A DNA stretch of 64,000 nt from NCBI GenBank assembly GCA_951406725.2, contig OX597815.1:100626001-100690000 (forward strand), written 5' to 3'. Origin of the DNA: Octopus vulgaris. Its lineage: Eukaryota. Each line of letters begins with the position of its first letter. The stretch's first letter is position 1. The position numbers and the translations under genes were made by a program. Positions 62,600 through 64,000 of this stretch are shown piece by piece. The notes below the pieces were generated by a model. That model was not told the DNA's origin and ran no database searches. It was given only the letters and a program-made list of their open reading frames with translations.

Positions 62600-64000
62600 A
62601 AAACGCGCATCCTTTTACTTTATCAAAACTATTACTTTGTGTGGTGACGGCGGAAGAATTTTCTTAGACGTCGTGATGCGGTCGGCTTGCTCGTCACAAG
62701 GGCGCAAGTATGAATATAATTTTGTGATATATGTATACAGGGAGTATACATATATTTTGTATTGTCCATGATGGGGGTGAGTAGATGTATCAGAACATTT
62801 AGAATTTTGTTAAAACAGGAAGGCTCGATCATATTATAGATTTTGGCTCCGATTTCAAGTAGGTTAAAAGCAACCGCAGGAAAGTCTATCGTGAAGTAAA
62901 CAATAACAAAAAATGCACAACAAAGCAATAAAAATAAACAACGAATTAAAAAAAAAAATCCCTCTTAAATTACACCAGAAAAATTTCTAATGACAAACAA
63001 AACTGGCCGCAGCACGGCGTCTAAAATAAAAATTCATCCGCGCCCGTCAAACGTTGAAAATTCATACCCATCAACAAAAGCGAAAACTCTTAGATTAGTG
63101 AAAGCGTTACAAATTTTGCAGTATACTGGGTAAAATGGAAATTCCGCATTCATTTCTTAGTGCAATTACAAGAATAAATGAAAATTATACCACTAGGAAT
63201 GTGTTCTTCTTAGCCACCACCACCCGCTCGCTCGATTTCTGAGCGTCTTAAATTCGTAAAACTTTGTAAACATTACGAGTGTTTATTTCTTCCTTCCAGA
63301 AAAGGCGTCGAGCAAGAAACTGATGTATAGCTTCCTTAAAGACAACCTACCAATAATTAAGTAAGAACTCTAAGAGGAGAATAATATAATTTAAAGAATT
63401 TACGAATCAATTTCACCAAAATGTCAACTTTTATGCTTACAAAGAAAAAATTAATGCTTGCTTGTAATGTAAGGCAAACAGCTAGACGTATGTTTTGGTT
63501 TTCATTAGACTTCTTCATCAGTATAACAGTAAACGCATGTTTACTCAAAACGAAAGATGGCCTTTTTTTTATTATTATTTACAAGTTATATTTTTTCAAC
63601 TGATGTACCCGGCAATGATGTAAAGTGAAAACATTCTTAGACAAATGGAAAGAAACCAAGAGAAGTTATGTCAAATTTGAAATGCTGTTGAAGCAAGCCT
63701 TAAACTTCTATCGGTGGTGATATGACGTCATTGTCATGTTGGCCGAATGTGTGTAATTATTAGTTTTTCCATCGGTTAAGATTACTGTCCATATTTGAAT
63801 TCTAACTTTCGTCAAAGAGAATTCTTTCGCGAAATACGGTTCTTAGAATTCAGATATCAGCAGTTATAAAAACCCCGATAGTTTCGGTTGTAGTAGCACA
63901 GATTTCCGTCGATTTCCGTAAAAAACTTTTATTTTTTTACATAAGTAATGAGAGCGAAAGAGACTAAGAGGAAGCGATTTTACGACGAGAAGGTTTCACT
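62600..64000. promoter_or_regulatory. CpG-retaining region, probable promoter or 5' exon of the minus-strand gene
   Basis: CpG dinucleotides are markedly more frequent than elsewhere in the window. Minus-strand donor-like AA|gtaat at 62636/62635. Perfect CRE palindrome TGACGTCA at 63723-63730. Confidence 0.5.

Overview
AT-rich eukaryotic DNA with spliceosomal introns. The SINE/RTE families and (ATC)n/(AT)n/(AG)n microsatellites suggest an octopus or other coleoid cephalopod (inference). Two convergent genes: (1) the last 8 coding exons of ribophorin I (RPN1, oligosaccharyltransferase subunit) on +, 256-12179; (2) on -, a very large ZNF292/RLF/ZNF654-family gene with at least 7 coding exons, 55634-24757, ~6,300 aa if read through. 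It has the family's N-terminal helical domain, five dispersed C2H2/C2HC fingers and a 13.5-kb terminal exon encoding a mucin-like Ser/Thr/Pro/Lys repeat tract, an AT-hook, a Cys cluster and YSR-like motifs. That exon is split by a single -1 frameshift at about a C_CCA_AAA heptamer. Introns and the intergenic region carry RTE and CR1-like LINE fragments, tRNA-derived SINEs, TTAA piggyBac-type MITEs, a Chapaev3-type DNA transposon and mariner remnants, one with a near-perfect ~308-bp inverted duplication.
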